Source: Chiloscyllium plagiosum
Taxonomy: Eukaryota
NCBI RefSeq assembly: GCF_004010195.1
Contig: NC_057719.1
Location: 25,196,809-25,260,808, forward strand
Length of the DNA stretch: 64,000 nucleotides
Reading direction: 5' to 3'
A program made the position numbers and the translations under genes. The notes beneath the pieces are model-generated. The model had not been told where the DNA came from, ran no database searches, and saw only the letters and a list, made by a program, of their open reading frames with translations. Below are positions 37,526-50,239 of this stretch, one piece after another (position 1 is the first letter of the stretch; each line of letters starts with the position of its first letter).

Positions 37526-38779
37526 AGATGATCCTTAAAAGAAATTCTTTGACTCAGCTTTTTGTCATTGATCTTGACACCACCTTCTATGCTAGCTCCC
37601 GAATATTGATTGATTGATCTCAATCATTAAACTCATCCTTTCAGTGAGGGAGTTTGCTGAGCAAATTGGTTCTCTGTTCTCCAAAGTTAGGGGCTCGAAG
37701 GAAAGACAGAAACACAGATTCTGCTGGCTCGAATCAACATTCCCTCTCATTTTCTTAATGGCTGCCACAGCCGTGCAACTTAGAGGGAACGTAGATGGGA
37801 ATCCAAAATGGTGGCAGGCGTTGGCTTGGTCTCAGGATAAGGGTCTCATCAAGCTGAGATGAGTGATTACTTAACACTATGGATTGTGAATGTTTGGAGT
37901 GTTTTTCACCACAGGCATAAGAGTTCTCTCATTTAATAACTTGAAGACTGGGATAGACAGGCATTTCGTCTCTCAGGGAATTGGGGCATTTGGAAAGCGG
38001 AGTTGAAGCATAAGAGCAGCTATGATCCTACTAAATGTTAAAATGGGCCATCTTGTCTACTCCTGCTCCTAATTCTTTTGCTTTTGATAAGTTGTTGGAT
38101 TGTTTTTGTGACATTCAGGGTTTCACTGTGCTTCGGTACACGTGACAATAAATTAAATTAAATTCAATTCCATTCGAGTTATTGCTCAAATGCAGCAGCT
38201 AGTTAACTAATCTCTATTTCAGTCTTCCACTAGCTCACAAGATGACATTTGAAATGACCATCGAGAGTTAGGGGGTTTGTCATGATGACCGGTTAGTTCA
38301 ATAATAATTCATAGCTGACGTTCAAATCCTCTCCATCGGCCATGAACAAGGTAGAATTGCCCATCTCCTGTGTTGCAGCAAAGGGGGTGTTTGGCGAGGA
38401 CGTGGCATGTATCAATAAAGTGGCACCTTTTAAGTTAGTTATTGATTTCAGCTTGCAGGTATTATTTTGCTCACAAGTGAGAATATATTCCATTTCTGTT
38501 CAGTTAGTCTGTGGAATTCTCTTTACGTCACTGAGCAAACTGTGATTCAGCAAAATGAGTGGTTTCCGAAGCTGTGTTTATTGTGGGCTTCTCGGTGACT
38601 TTTAGCAAACTGGAGCCTTGTTTTAATTCCCACTCAGCATCTAATAAAAATGAATGCTGCATTTCTTGCTTTGATGTTGTATGCTGGTGAGCTATTTTCA
38701 CAAAAGTAGAGTTAAACTCATCCATATAGAGTTTCCAGGCTTGCTTTGGTTTATCACCTTGTCCGTTATTTTAATAAGA

Positions 38780-39100
38780 CTTAGATAAATACATGAATAG
38801 GAAAGGTTTGGCAGGAGCAAGCAGGTGGGACTAGCTTTCAATGATTTGGATTAGATTCCCTACAATGTGGAAACAGGCCATTTGGCCCACCAAGTCCACA
38901 CTGACCCTCCAAAGAGTAACCCATCCAGACCCATTCTCCTACATTTATCCCTGACCAATAGACCTAACACTCTGGGCAGTTTAGCATGGCCAATTCACCT
39001 GATCTGCACATCTTTGGAATCAGTTTGGGAATTATAATCAGCATGGACTGGTTGGAGTGAAGGGTCTGTTTTCGTGCTCTATGACTCCTATGACTCTATA
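38780..39100 (+). mobile_element. CR1 3' tail with nested HE1-like fragment (about 38848-39018, - strand)
   Basis: CR1 tail motifs on both sides of a SINE 3' fragment. Confidence 0.7.
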
Positions 39101-39779
39101 TAAAGAGCTCTAGTCCTAATAGCTGAGTCTACAACCCACATAAACATTGTGAAACCATGTGATAGTTTACGTGATGGAGTGTAGCTGGTGGGGAAGGCAG
39201 ACCCAAATTTCTGCAGTTGTCCACACTCCTATAGTGTTAATCTACCTTTGAATTGCTGGAACAGGTGACAGAAACAACCTTATTAAGAGCTATCCCCTAC
39301 TTGCAATTGTTGCAAGCGAGACCATGGAATTTTCTCCCCTTGCTTCTGCAGGGTGTAGGTCATTGGAAATGACATACATGCATTTATTTAAAGCTGAAAG
39401 CTCTGTGCAACAAAAAGAATGAGGAGATCAGCCTAAATATTACATGTTTAAGTATCCAGTAATGATCTTCATGTCATTTGTCATTGTAAAAATGCTAACT
39501 GTCTTTCCATGTTTAGACTTTTGTTTAAAATAGATTACCCTTCTAGTTCATTTTAAACTGTTTGTCTTTCTGGCATTTTCAATCCATTTACAATACTGCG
39601 TACAATTAATTTTCCCATATCTTTCCTGAATGTTTTTTTTTAAGAAAAGAAAAACAAGCTGTTATTTTGTCCATTAAAGGTAAAATATTGAACTGAAGAA
39701 CTTGATACATATTCATTATTCCACGAATCCTTAACTTGTCACTAACCATCATGTCTCGGTGGCCCAAGTGGTAAAAGCA

Positions 39780-39869
39780 TTCACTGTGTTATTTGCTACT
39801 GAACAGAAGGGACCATGGTTCATAAGAGACCATGGTCCCTCTCCGATCAGAAGTAAATAACACAATGAA
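39780..39869. repeat. Imperfect ~40-bp inverted repeat (hairpin)
   Basis: ttcactgtgttatttgctactgaacagaagggaccatggt versus accatggtccctctccgatcagaagtaaataacacaatgaa, 9-nt loop. Confidence 0.88.
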
Positions 39870-41119
39870 AGGCCATTTCTGTATCTGTATCATCTAATTG
39901 CAACAGGGTCAACTTTGAGATAGTTATTGCATTTTGGCTTGGCGTGTGGGCAGTGAGAGCACATGTTTATCTGGAATCTTTCACAGCCCCTAAATGCCCC
40001 AAAGCACTTAGTAATGGAGTACTTTTGTTCTGGAAAGGTCTCTGGGTGCGTTTCACCAATTTGTTACAGTTCCAGTCAAGACCCTCCCAGTCATTAATCT
40101 TCCAGGTGAGGATGGAAGAACTGGCTGGTCTTCCTTATTCACCCACTCCCTTGGTTGGTCACAACTATTTTAGTTTCGAAAGGATCCCACTCTTACAAAT
40201 ACTTTATTTCAGACCAAATGACTGTAAAAGGAGCTGATTTAACCAGATTATCTGAATTAACAAAAAGGCAAGTTTATTAACTGCAAGCAGAAGTAACATC
40301 TCATGCATTCAGATTGCAAACAAAAAGACATTATTGAAACTCTCACCTGCAGTGCAGGGGTGTTTAATGTCTCTCCAGATTGTGATTATCATTGCATACT
40401 AGTCCATATTCTAGTACATAAGGCACAACATCAGACCAGGGTTTTTAACATTTTTGTTTGTATATCTCTGGAAGGGTAAAACACAAATATGTTACACATG
40501 GCATCCTGTGGATAGGGAGGTGAGTAGTAAGCTGTTCATTTATCTCTTCATTTTTAGTCTTTCTATTTTGAAGTTTTCCTGACTCCATACAAGATTCACA
40601 TTCCATGGTTCTACACAGGACTCTGCCAGTTATTGAATTTATATCCACAGTCATCTTTTGTAAATGCCGCAGTCCCTTTTTAAACAAAAGGATATGTTGG
40701 AATTACAAGTTTGATATGCACATTAGTGCTTTGGGGTTCTGATCATTGCAGTGACAAAGACTACTGGAAAAAATGTTACCTTAGCCAATATTGTTTTCAG
40801 TGGTGTGCTCGTGGTTTCTCTTCCCATTCATCAAACCATTCCAGCATGAAACCCTTCAATCCAAATATGTTACACCCAAGTTGTTTAGATCAGTGCTCTG
40901 TCAGATCATAACTCCTTTATTTCGGAAGGGGTTTTGCTTGTGCTTAGGTGTATTTTACAGTCAAAGCGAATACGGTAAGAACATATTATTTACCCGATAA
41001 CCTTAACTTGTATTTGTATTGTGCCTTTGATGGGACAATGGCTTAGAATCACAAAGGAGTAAGACATAAAGTCTGGACTTTCTTCATAGACTATGTTAAA
41101 GAGGCTATCATATTAGTGT

Positions 41120-41335
41120 TGAAAATGTGTTGCTGGAAAAGCGCAGCAGGTCAGGTAGCATCCAGGGAACAGGAGAATCGACGTTTCGGGCATAAGCCCT
41201 TCTTCAGGAAGTCTGAAGAAGGGCTTATTCCTGAAACGTCGATTCTCCTGTTCCTGGATGCTGCCTGACCTGCTGCGCTTTTCCAGCAACACATTTTCAG
41301 CTCTGATCTCCAGCATCTGCAGACCTCATTTTCTC
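41120..41335. mobile_element. Palindromic P1 element, well preserved; - strand hammerhead core intact (41180-41207)
   Basis: Perfect 15-bp TSD ctatcatattagtgt at 41105-41119 and 41336-41350; arms meet at tcttcaggaagtctgaaga. Confidence 0.92.
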
Positions 41336-42014
41336 CTATCATATTAGTGTAACTTGTTGTGATCATGGAATAATCTACATCTTGTTTAAGAGTCTCATCT
41401 TATCAGGCTACCAAATAGTTTTGCTCTAGCACACTAGACCAAGTGAAGCCCTGTAAATCCCTATTCTGAAAGATGATGGTAGCAGCAAATCTAGCTTACA
41501 CTGGGCAGTAGTACATTGAAAATGATGAACAAGGGTATTGATTGCTCAGTCAATCACTCCCCATTTCTCTCCTTTTCTTGGATGTTCTGTCTTTCTCTGT
41601 GCTTCCATTTGATGACATTACCTGCATTTGGTTTGTGACCTTGCGTGAGTTCTAGCTGAGGCAGACTGGCCAGAGAAGGTGTGCCCTGAGGAGCTGTTAA
41701 TTTTGCAAAGTGACTGTTTGGAGAGGTTGCACTCTGCTGCATATGAATACCACTGGAGTATAAGCCACATATTGGAATTGGGACTGATTGGTCTTAAGGC
41801 ACAAAATTAAAAAGCTTTGATTATAGAGTCCCAATTATTGAATTACTGCAAATGAATTACTTGTTGAGTCGGTTGATTGCAAATGACTCATTGCCATAAA
41901 TGGCTACCTACTACTTAGCAGACAAATCTTTGAGGGAACAATGTTTTGTTAGCAAACCCTTTCAAAATATATTGCTAGCAATTTTGCTACTTTGCAACTG
42001 AATTGTAATAGATC

Positions 42015-42790
42015 ATGGGACCATAGAGAACTTACAGCACAGGGCGGTCATCAAATATCCATTTAGTCTTTTCCTGTTTTCAACATTTGGCCTGTACCAT
42101 AGTATGCTATTGCAATTCAATGGCTTATATAAATAGTTCTTAAGTGTCTGAGGGTTCCTTTCTCCACCATCCTGTAGCAAGTGAATTCCAGATGCAGTAC
42201 CCATAACCTCCAGGATGAAAATTATTTTTCTCAAATCCCCTTTAAATCTCGAGCTCCTTTCCTTAAAACTATCTTCCATGGCTATTAAATCCCCTACGAA
42301 GGATAACAGTTTCTCCCTATTTACCTTGTCTGTATTCAGAACTTTGTGCACCTCAATCAAGTCTTTTCTCCGCCTTCTTTGCTCTAAGGAAAACAATCCT
42401 AGCCTATCTAGTCTCTCTTCAAAGCTGTAACACTCCAGCCCAGGCAATATCTGGTGAATCTCTTCTGCACTCTCTTTAGTTCAATCACGTATTTTCAATA
42501 GCATGGCCAGTAGAACTGTACACATTGCTTTAGCTATGGCCTAACTAACATTACATTCACCTCCATCATACCCACCTTGCTATTTTATTCAGCGCTTGAC
42601 TAATAAAGGCAAGTAATCCATATGCCTACTTAACCATCTTGTCTACCTCTCCTGCTGCCTTCAAGGGTCTATGGACATGCAAACTATGGTCATTGTGATC
42701 TTCTGTACTTCTAGTGTCTTGCCATTCAATATAAACTCCCTTGCTTCATTAGTCATTCCAAAATGCACTACTTCACATTCTTACGGGACT
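42015..42790 (-). mobile_element. CR1 LINE 3' fragment
   Basis: ORF 42013..42447(-) PGLECYSFEERLDRLGLFSLEQRR..DLIEV. Confidence 0.85.
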
Positions 42791-43302
42791 GTATGTAAAG
42801 ATTATGTCAGTATTAGAGGCGATCGTGCAGAACCATAAGGCCATAAGACATAGGAGTGGAAGTAAGGCCATTCGGCCCATCGAGTCCACTCCGCCATTCA
42901 GAATGTGAATGATCTTTAAAACTATCAAATAAGCTCAGTGATGAATGAGATTTGAGTTGTGGTATTGAAAATATTTGGCATTTCTAGGTATCCTAAACAG
43001 GTTTGAATTTTTTTTTAAATCCACTGATGACATTCTTTATTTTATGGTATAAAATGCTAGGATGTTATAAATGACAGACCACCTGATTTTGTTTGCATGT
43101 ATGGTATTCTTTGTTCTCCTTGCTGAGCATTGGAAGTTGAGATGATTTTCCATGTATTGCACACAAGTCCTTAACCCCTTCAAACCATTTATTTGGAATC
43201 TGTTCAAGTAAGTACAATCATAGAATTTTACAACACAGATGGTACTCATTTAGCGGAGAGATGCAGATAAACATTATCTTTATTTAGAATCCTATAATTA
43301 TA

Positions 43303-43690
43303 GCTCAGCAGTGGTTGTGTGGTGCCACATTCTGTTTCAGAACTATGAAGTTGAGACTTAAGGCCTTGATAAAGCAACCTAAGTGTGTAATCCAGACTGA
43401 CTTTCAGTGTGGTACTGAGGTGATACAGCATGGTCTCAAATGCGGTCTTTCAAATGAGATGTAAAACCAAGGCACTGTTTGCCATTGAGAATGTAAAGGA
43501 TCCCTTTGAGCTGTTTGGGATTACTCCTTGCTTTTTTTTTTAATATCGTGGTTGACATTTATTTCCCTCAGCCAGTACTACTAAAACAGGCTCCTGGGCC
43601 ATTTTCATCAATTACTGCTTATGAAGCCTTCTGCAAAATGTAGGCTCAGGAACATTTTGCAATGCAATAGTTTACTGCATCTTGAAAGTT
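43303..43690 (+). mobile_element. Deu-domain SINE
   Basis: gtctttcaaatgagatgtaaaaccaaggc...tgtaaaggatccc...atttatttccctcagcc matches the Deu core pattern. Confidence 0.65.
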
Positions 43691-43708
43691 TCCTAATGGG
43701 CATTTTGC

Positions 43709-43795
43709 TCCTTGGATGCTGCCTGACCTGCTGCGCTTTTCCAGCAACACATTTTTCAGCTCTGATCTCCAGCATCTGCAGTCTTCACTTTCTCC
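43709..43795 (+). mobile_element. P1 terminal fragment
   Basis: Arm plus tail; 8-bp direct repeat cattttgc at 43701-43708 and 43796-43803. Confidence 0.8.
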
Positions 43796-44299
43796 CATTT
43801 TGCAGTATGACAAGGATTGAAAGATCCTGTATCAATGGAATTGTTTTTCTTTCTTCCCTGTCTTAAAATAAGTAGATGGGTGTTGAAACTGCCAGGCCAG
43901 AGCTCTTCTTGCATGTCAGTGTGGGTTATTCCAGATTGTCTTAGATCAGCTTGTATACTGTCTCGCTGTCAAAGGAGTGGACAGACATCCTGCTTGCAAA
44001 GTTTAGCCACTTGTCCTTCTGAGATGTGAGGCAATAGTGACATAGGGTTTGTGACTTCTCTTTTACTGTTTTCTCTTGGACTCCTGAAACCATACTATCT
44101 CTCTCCAGAGAATCCACCACACAAGTGGCCTAGCAGTGACCATCTCCAACAAGAGAAAATCTGATCATTGTCCTTGATGTACAATGACCTTAACTTCACT
44201 GAATCTCCCATGATCACCATCCTGGAGGTTACATTTGAATGGAAACTGAACTGTCCACCATTTGGCACGAATTGGGAATGTGATGGAATTCTCTCTCAT

Positions 44300-45655
44300 C
44301 GAATTAAAGACAGAGAGATATGCAGCACGGAAACAGACTCTTCGGTCCAATTCGTCCATGCCAACCAGATATCCCAACCTAATCTAGTCCCATTTGCTAG
44401 CACTTGGCCCGTATCTCTCTAAACCCTTCCTGTTCATATACCCATCCAGATGCCTTTTAAAAGTTGTAATTGTACCAGCCTCCACCACTTCCTCTGGCAG
44501 CTCATTCCATACTCACACCACCCTCTGCATGAAAAAGTTGTCCCATAGGTCCCTTTTATATCTTTTCCTTCTCACCCTAAACCTACACCTTCTTGTTCTG
44601 GACTTCCACACCCCAGGAAAAAGACTTTGTCTATTTACCGTATCCATGCCCCTCATGATTTTATAAACCACTAAGGTCACCCCTCGGCCTCCGACATTCC
44701 AGGGAAAACAGCCCCAGCTTATTCAGCCTCTCCCTAAAGCTTAAATCCTCCAACCCTGGCAATAGCCTTGTAAATCTTTTCTGAACCCTTTCAAGTTTCA
44801 CAACATCTTTCCAATAGGAAGGAGACCAGAATTGCACATAGTATTCCAAAAGTGGCCTAACCAATGTCCTGTACAGCCACAACATGACTTCCTAACTCCT
44901 ATACTTGATGTTCTGGCCAATAAAGGAAAACATACTAAATGCCGCCTTCACTATTCAATCAACCTGCGACTCTACTTTCAAGGAAATATGAACCTGTCTC
45001 TTTGTTCAGCAACACTCCTCAGGATCTTACCCTTAAGTGTATATGACTGCTCTGATTTGCTTTTCCAAAATGCAGCACCTTGCATTTATTTAAATTAAAC
45101 TCCCATCTGCCACTCCTTAGTCCTTTGGCCCATCTGATCAAGATCCCATTGTACCTTGAGGTAACCTTCTTTGCTGTCCACTACACCTACAATTTTGGTG
45201 TCCTCTGCAAACTTACTAACTGTACCACTTATACTCACATCCAAATCATTTATATAAATGAAGAAAAATAGTGGACCCAGCACCGATACTTGTGACACAC
45301 CATTGGTCACAGGCCTCCAGTCTGAGAAACAACTCTAGACTACTATACTCTGTCTTTTACCTTCGAGCCAATTCTGTATCCAGATGGCTAGTTCTCTGTA
45401 TTCAATGAGATCTAACTTTGCTAACCAATCTCCATTGAGGAACATTGTTGAACGCCTTACTGAAGTCCATATAGATCACGGCCACTGCTCTGCCCTCATC
45501 AATCCTCTTTGTTTCTTCTTCAAAAAACTCAATCAAGTTTGTGAGACATGATTTCCCACGCACAAAGCCATGTTGACTATCCCTAATCAGTCCTTGCCTT
45601 TCCAAATACATTTAAATCCCTTCCCTCAGGATTCCCTCCAACTTGCCCACCACCT
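44300..45655 (-). mobile_element. CR1 LINE RT and 3' end
   Basis: ORFs 45402..45611(-) SQHGFVRGKSCLTNL..DFSKAF, 45095..45310(-) and 44661..44885(-). Confidence 0.92.
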
Positions 45656-45724
45656 TGCTTTGCTGGGTGCAGTTCCAACAATATTCCAGGTTGGCACTAT
45701 CCAGATCAAAGAATCTATGGACAT

Positions 45725-46315
45725 ATGAGCATAGGAATTCAGAAGTCATATTAAGGTTGTACAGCACGTTGGTGAGGCCTCCTCTGGAGTATATAGTGTG
45801 CAGTTCTGGTTGTCCCTGCTATACGAAAGATTTTATTAAACTGGAGAGGGTTCGGAAAAGATTTACTAGGATGTTGCTGCAAATGGAGGGTTTGAGTTAT
45901 AAAATAGGCTGGGACTTTTTTTCACTGGAGCATAGGAGGTTGGTGGGTGACCTTATTGAAGTTTATAAAATGATGAGGGGCATGGATTAGGTGAATAGCA
46001 GGGGTCTTTTCCCTAGGGTGGGGAAGTTCAAAACTAGGGGACTTATTTTAAGGTGACAGGAGAAAGATTTAAAAAGGACATGAGGGGCAACTTTTTCCAC
46101 AATGGTTCATGTGTGGAATGAACTGCCAGAAGTCGTTGTGGATGCAGCTATATAGTTAAAATGTTTAAGAGACATTTGGATAAGCTTATGAATAAGAAAG
46201 GTTTGGTGGGATATGGGCCAGTAACAGGCAAGTGGGACTGGTTTAATTTGGGAAAGCTGTCAGCATTGCGTAGTTAGACCAAGGTTTGTTTCCATGCTAT
46301 ATTACTCTATGACTA
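45725..46315 (+). mobile_element. CR1 LINE 3' fragment
   Basis: LYSTLVRPPLEY...KLERVRKRFTRML; tail actctatgact. Confidence 0.88.
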
Positions 46316-46424
46316 ATGCTTCATTAACAAAGTCAACCTTCCTTTTAAAAATGTCTCATCGCATTTCCCTAAAGTGAATGGTCCACAAAGATCTAAACCC
46401 CTGTCTTAGTAAGTTTGTGTCAGC

Positions 46425-46795
46425 CTTCGCTCAAGTGGTAACACTCTTGCTTCTCCATTTTGAAGGCTGTGGGTTCAATTCCCACTGGAGGGTGAAAATT
46501 CAGGCTGACTCCCCATAGTGGTGCACCTTTTGATCTGCTTTCTTTGAAAGATTTCCAACCAAGACTCTATGTGCCCTCTCAGGAGGATGCAATAAAAAAA
46601 CTTACTGTTTAAAGAAGAGGCAGTGGTGTTACCTCTAGTGTCCTTGTCATTCTTCACCCCTTGACGGACTTTTTAAAAAAAGATTGATAGTAGTCATTAT
46701 TACCATGCTACCTGTGTGAGTTTGCGTACAAGTGAATTACTGTTCCTACCTCATAGCAATGACTTTCAAAAGTACCTGTTTGACTGTAAACGGCT
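46425..46795 (+). mobile_element. Deu-domain tRNA SINE
   Basis: A box gctcaagtgg, B box ggttcaattcc, Deu core (gccctctcaggaggatgcaa...gaagagg). Confidence 0.65.
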
Positions 46796-46796
46796 T

Positions 46797-46921
46797 GGAG
46801 AAAGGGAGAACTGCAGATGCTGTCGATCAGTCAAAAAACGTGGCCCTGGAAAAGCACAGCAGGTCAGGCAGCATCCAAGGAGCAGGAGAGTCAAAGTTTC
46901 GGGCATACGTCCTTTATCAGG
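46797..46921 (-). mobile_element. Degenerate single-arm P1 element
   Basis: ctgcagatgctg...ctggaaaagcacagcaggtcaggcagcatcc...tttcgggcata...atcagg. Confidence 0.75.
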
Positions 46922-47017
46922 CATGTTGCTTGGGATGTATTGAGGTTGTGACGGACGCTGAGAAGGTACAGGTCTCTTTAGTTGAAATTCTTTACCTATC
47001 CCCTGTCCATTTCTAAA

Positions 47018-47150
47018 TAAAAACCGAAAGAACTGCGGATGCTAGAAATCCGAAACAGAAATTGGCGGAAAGGCTCAGCAGGTCTGGTAGCATCTGTTGA
47101 GAGAAATCAGAGTTAACATTTCAGGTTCAGTGAACCTTCCTCAGAACTGG
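47018..47150 (-). mobile_element. Family P2 PLE end with hammerhead motif (47112-47147)
   Basis: - strand: GUU-CUGAGGA-AGGUUC-ACU-GAACCU-GAA-AUGU-U-AAC; helix I GUU/AAC. Confidence 0.75.
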
Positions 47151-49199
47151 TTTTATGTTGCACATGGGAAATCAAGACCAGATCTGGTGGCGCGCTCTAG
47201 TGTAGTGAGATTAGCCAGAGGGGAATATTTGGAGCAGGGCATCAGGTATAAATGTTAATATTACATTATACATTCTGCCCTACTTTTTGTAAAATATTTT
47301 GATTTTGTTTTGATTCAAAACTGGATACAATTTAGAGAGAGGTGCTGTGAGGTAAAATTCTTTTGAGGGGCTGGAAAAATGTGGGAATAAGGATCAGCGC
47401 CATCAGTGGTGGGAGGATATAATTACACCACAAGTTTACATCAACACTTCCAATCATACGGGAGTTTCTAATGGAAACAGTTAACATGTGATGTGTCAAG
47501 ACATGATGGTAGTACCTAAGGAGTCAGGAAGCATGTGCAAGCGTAAGGTTTTGAATCAGTATCTCTTATTCCAGCTTTCCAGGAAAAACATTTGATTGTA
47601 GTTGATATTCCTACTGTGCTGACATTTGACGCTGTTTCTTCAAACTGTGACATCTCTTCAAAAAGATGAAGATCTGATGCAACAGAGCCCTTTCTTTGCA
47701 TTAACTACCTGTGACAGTGATCTATTCTTCAAAGCATGTTTCCAGTGCTGTGCACTAGTACCAACAGGCCTACAGGCTTTCACAATGCTCAGGTCACTTA
47801 ACTTTGTCTTTTGCACTGCTGGATTGCTCAAGGATCCCAGCAGCAAGCTGTTTGTTTGGCTGCCACCTGGACAGCTTTTATGAATGTTCGCCACTTTTCC
47901 AGAAACTGACAGGTTTTGTTTTAAAATAGAGTTATCAAAAGACAATAGAGATGGGCCATTGTAAGCTCCAACTTATTAAAGCTCCTGGAAATTGAATAAC
48001 TTCTGTCATTGCAGGAGTAGTCTTTGGTAACCCATTATTCAAGTCACTATTTTACAATGTGAGTTGATTTTTTTTCTCTCACTTTGTACTGTAATCTGAA
48101 TGCAGCATGAATCTATTTTTTCATTTGATTTGGAATGTAGCTATGTATCCATTTTACCTGTGGAGAGTTTCCTCTGAGTTTAGGGGACCCTCCACCTATC
48201 CAAAACCTTTGTTTACACAAGTCAGCTCCATTGCAGTCACAGGTTCTCGGCAGCAAACTTGGCAGTTGGGAATTGTCACACCTGGTAATACCTGAACTCT
48301 GCTGGCAGGTGTTGTCAGACAGATGTTAGGTGTTTGAGATAGGGATTCAAGCAGGTCTTCGTATTGGAACCTAGTATTGTAACTCTCTGGGTTTCACATT
48401 CAAATTGTGGTGTTGTTGCTGATAGTAATCAATCCATATTTGTAGACCTGAGGCTGTCTCAAACTATGTGTCAGCTTCATAATGTTTTTCTGAATGAGGA
48501 GACTGTAGGTTCAGGCTCCACTGCAGAACTGAGCACAAACTGGCCTGAATATGGTCAGTGGTTACTAAACACTGCTCACCACTTATTACGATTAGAGTTA
48601 AAAACAGATTTTTTTAAGATGGGCTTTTGCATCATGAAAAGGCCGTTTCAATATAGTGCACTCTGTAGTTCATCTATCATCCATGTGAGCAGGTCATGCA
48701 ATTGTGTCTCTCTTCAATCATTCTGGTTGAAAACTCCTCCCTGAGTCATGCATCTATCATTTAGTACATTTCATTCCATGTAAAGTCATTTCAGTCTGAA
48801 ATAGAGGGGCAAGAAACATTCAATTGAGAAAGACAAACTAAAAATAGATTTTTTTAAAAATTGAAACCTCAATAATAATTAAACTTGAATGAAATTCTAC
48901 ATTTCTAAAAATAACTTTTTTGCACCAGAGAGATTGTTTGGCAGTAATTAAGACTTGTCACATCTTTAACAATTTACTCACACTTCAGTGCACAATCTAA
49001 ACATTTTTAAGTGTGTTTAGTGAGTAACTCATGGACAAGCAAGCAAACTTCCAAACCTTGCTGTGTTTCAACATGAAATATCCATAATGTACTGGTGAAG
49101 TGAAGCCTGGAAAGGAACAGGTCAAATTGGACATCAGATTCCTCATAACCACATTTAATTGTGAATGTTCAGTCACCTGAAATTGCTGTTTGAATTATT

Positions 49200-49545
49200 C
49201 CTCATAGTGGTGAGTAATAGTGTCAGTATTGGCTGATAACCCAGTGCCAAAGGAATGTTGCATTGTTTCAGCTGCAGTTCTAAAAGTAAGGCGTCAAGCT
49301 AAGGTCCCATCTGTCAGTTCTAGTCGACTTAAAACTTTCCTTTGCACTATTTTAGGACGGGTAGGGAATTCTCAAGTGACTGGGCCAACATAACATCCTA
49401 CTAGCTCTGCCAAGAAACAGATTTAACTAGTAATTTATCTGATTGGAACATGCTGTGCAAAATGACTGTTGCATTTGCCTTTATATGTGACAAGCTTTTA
49501 AAATGTTTCAGAGAGATTTAATAAGGTGTTATTAAGATGTAAATA
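49200..49545 (+). mobile_element. Degenerate Deu-domain SINE
   Basis: aaggtcccatctgtc...gcactatttt...gggaattctc...ggccaacat...aaacagatt pattern. Confidence 0.5.
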
Positions 49546-50174
49546 TTTTTTCAGATATATGTGTTCTTGGGAAATGGTGCTATTGTTCGTGGAACTGCAG
49601 GTGTACAGTTTATTTTTGTATCTATGTCACGAACTGGTGTAGGTTTGGAGGGGGAAGGAACAGCTTGGAAGTGAAAAAGTACATACCCTGCATGTTTTCA
49701 ACAGCTCTATTCCTTTGTTTCATTTTGCGGAAGACAAGTGGAAATTCTTTCTGGAACCAGAACTTTGCAACTGCTCTTGTATTTAAACTGAAGGTCTGAC
49801 AGATAGAAGGACATGCAGTCTCTTTTTTTAATATATATATCCCTTTTGATCAATCTCTGAAGTGTTTTATGGGAAAGTATTTGGGTGCCACACTGGTAAG
49901 AAGGTTACTAGATTAATATCTCTTTTTGTTTGAAAGACTCAAGAATCCACTACATAATGGTTTCAATCTTTCTGATTTTGCTTTTACTGTTTCTGAAAAC
50001 ACCTTTTTCTCTATTGATCCCAGCTGTTGGTAGTAATGGACAGTTCAGACCCTTAAATGAAACCTAGCTTGATGGATCGTGAGCATTTTGTTTTGTCAGT
50101 TAACATGGTTAGTCACTGAAACATATTCACACACAACTGGAGATTTTTCTCTGACAAGCAGCAGAGAAATTCTA

Positions 50175-50239
50175 CTGTGCTTTTCCAGAACCACACTCTC
50201 TACTCTAATCTCCAGCATCTGCAGTACTCACTTTCGCCT
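50175..50239 (+). mobile_element. P1 terminal fragment
   Basis: ctgtgcttttccag...ccagcatctgcagtactcactttcgcc; agagaaatt on both flanks. Confidence 0.75.

Noticed and set aside
44300..46315. Opposed CR1 pair as a second inversion
   Set aside because: Both copies cover the same 3' consensus region and each has its own tail, so independent insertions explain them.
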